Source of the DNA: an uncultured bacterium
GTDB lineage: Bacteria > Patescibacteriota > Minisyncoccia > UBA6257 > 2-01-FULL-56-20
NCBI GenBank assembly: GCA_963718575.1
Contig: OY970358.1
Span: 194,172-258,171 of the forward strand
Direction of reading: 5' to 3'
DNA length: 64,000 nucleotides
The notes beneath the pieces are model-generated. The model was not told where the DNA came from. It did not search any database and saw nothing but the letters and a program-made list of their open reading frames with translations. The position numbers and the translations under genes were made by a program. Below are positions 63,002-64,000 of this stretch, piece after piece. Positions within the stretch are counted from its first letter, which is position 1. Every line of letters begins with the position of its first letter.

Positions 63002-64000
63002 TTACTCCTTTAATCCGATGATGAGATCAGAGACATTCGATCCTGTGTCTCCGGTCATCAGATAATTCCCGACTTTTTCAAAAAACGGATAGGTGTCGTT
63101 CGCCATGCGAAATTTCTCCGGATCCATCCCGACGGCCGCTGCCGCCGTTTTTGTCATCGTGTCACAAATGGCTCCCGCAAACGCACCATGATCCCGACCA
63201 TCCGACGCAAGCGATAGTATTTCCTCGCCGGGATGTATGAATCGCAGGGCGGAAGCGCAAAGCTGCAAATTCCGTCCGCCGCGTCCGTCCGGATTGCGCA
63301 CCGTCACCGTCGTTTCGCCGGCCCAGAGCAATACCGAATGTGCCGGCGCCGCGTGGACCGCTGACGCGATCATTTCACCGACATCATCGGCGTTCCCCGT
63401 CAATTCGCTCCCGCGGATATCGACGCTGAAGCCGATCCTCTCCGCCGCGGTCTTCATTCCTTCAAGGGCGTGACGATTGGAAACCACTAATAGGTTCGAC
63501 ACATGCTCAAAATATTTATCCTCTTTTGGCGTTTCGATCAACCCGCACGCCGAGATATGGCAAGTCTGTAATACGTTGAACTTTGCGAGGATGGCTTCCG
63601 CATCGGCGATCGTCGTCGTATCCTTCACCGTCGGCCCGGACGCGATGGACGAAACATCATTGCCAACCACGTCCGAAAATATGAGCGATACGACGCGCGC
63701 GGGATACGCGTCCTTCGCCAGATTGCCGCCGCGGGCATACGAAAGATGCTTGCGTACGATATTGATCTCCTGGATCGTGGCGCCCGCGTCGATCAATGCC
63801 GTCATGATCGGCACCTCTTCCCTGCTCGCCTTGTCCTCCGGCAAGAATAATAATGTCGATCCGCCGCCGGAAATCACGCATATGACGAGGTCCTTTTCCG
63901 TGAGCCCATTGAGCACGTCGACGATCGCCGTGGCGGCCTGCAGATTCTCGGTGGATGGCAGCGGATGCGTACCGCAGAACGTCCTGATGCGTCCGAGCTC
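63002..64000 (-). CDS. Glycerate 2-kinase (DUF4147/MOFRL), partial at window edge
   Basis: ISGGGS, IASGPT, GGRN, TGSNVSD. Confidence 0.9.
   Translation of the reverse strand, partial: ELGRIRTFCGTHPLPSTENLQAATAIVDVLNGLTEKDLVICVISGGGSTLLFLPEDKASREEVPIMTALIDAGATIQEINIVRKHLSYARGGNLAKDAYPARVVSLIFSDVVGNDVSSIASGPTVKDTTTIADAEAILAKFNVLQTCHISACGLIETPKEDKYFEHVSNLLVVSNRHALEGMKTAAERIGFSVDIRGSELTGNADDVGEMIASAVHAAPAHSVLLWAGETTVTVRNPDGRGGRNLQLCASALRFIHPGEEILSLASDGRDHGAFAGAICDTMTKTAAAAVGMDPEKFRMANDTYPFFEKVGNYLMTGDTGSNVSDLIIGLKE

Overview
64 kb of a Patescibacteria (CPR, Parcubacteria-like) chromosome, standard genetic code. The taxonomic call is inferred from gene content and protein features. The window holds the str/S10/spc ribosomal cluster (rpsL to rplX, split three times by accessory inserts), four intact tRNAs, recG, tsaD, uppP, xseAB, tgt, valS, rpmB, eno, ppsA and CPR-typical membrane, pilin and glycosyltransferase genes. 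About ten single-base indels in essential genes look like long-read errors. The most interesting signals are non-coding or architectural. (1) At two loci (10.8 kb, 60.3 kb) a degenerate tRNA-like element lies next to a separate promoter/terminator-bounded small RNA that is complementary to its anticodon arm; two more small RNAs carry similar codon-displaying hairpins. (2) About 12 scattered self-contained cassettes have a sigma70 promoter, a strong GGAGG Shine-Dalgarno and usually a terminator, and many encode regulators (ECF sigma, ParB-like, LuxR, XRE, RHH-like), whereas resident genes appear leaderless or lack an SD. (3) A ~250-nt pseudoknotted RNA candidate lies near tRNA-Glu. (4) Also present are families of long REP-like hairpins and an ABC-ATPase/TOPRIM-like defence candidate. 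All structures were folded by eye; no database search was run.
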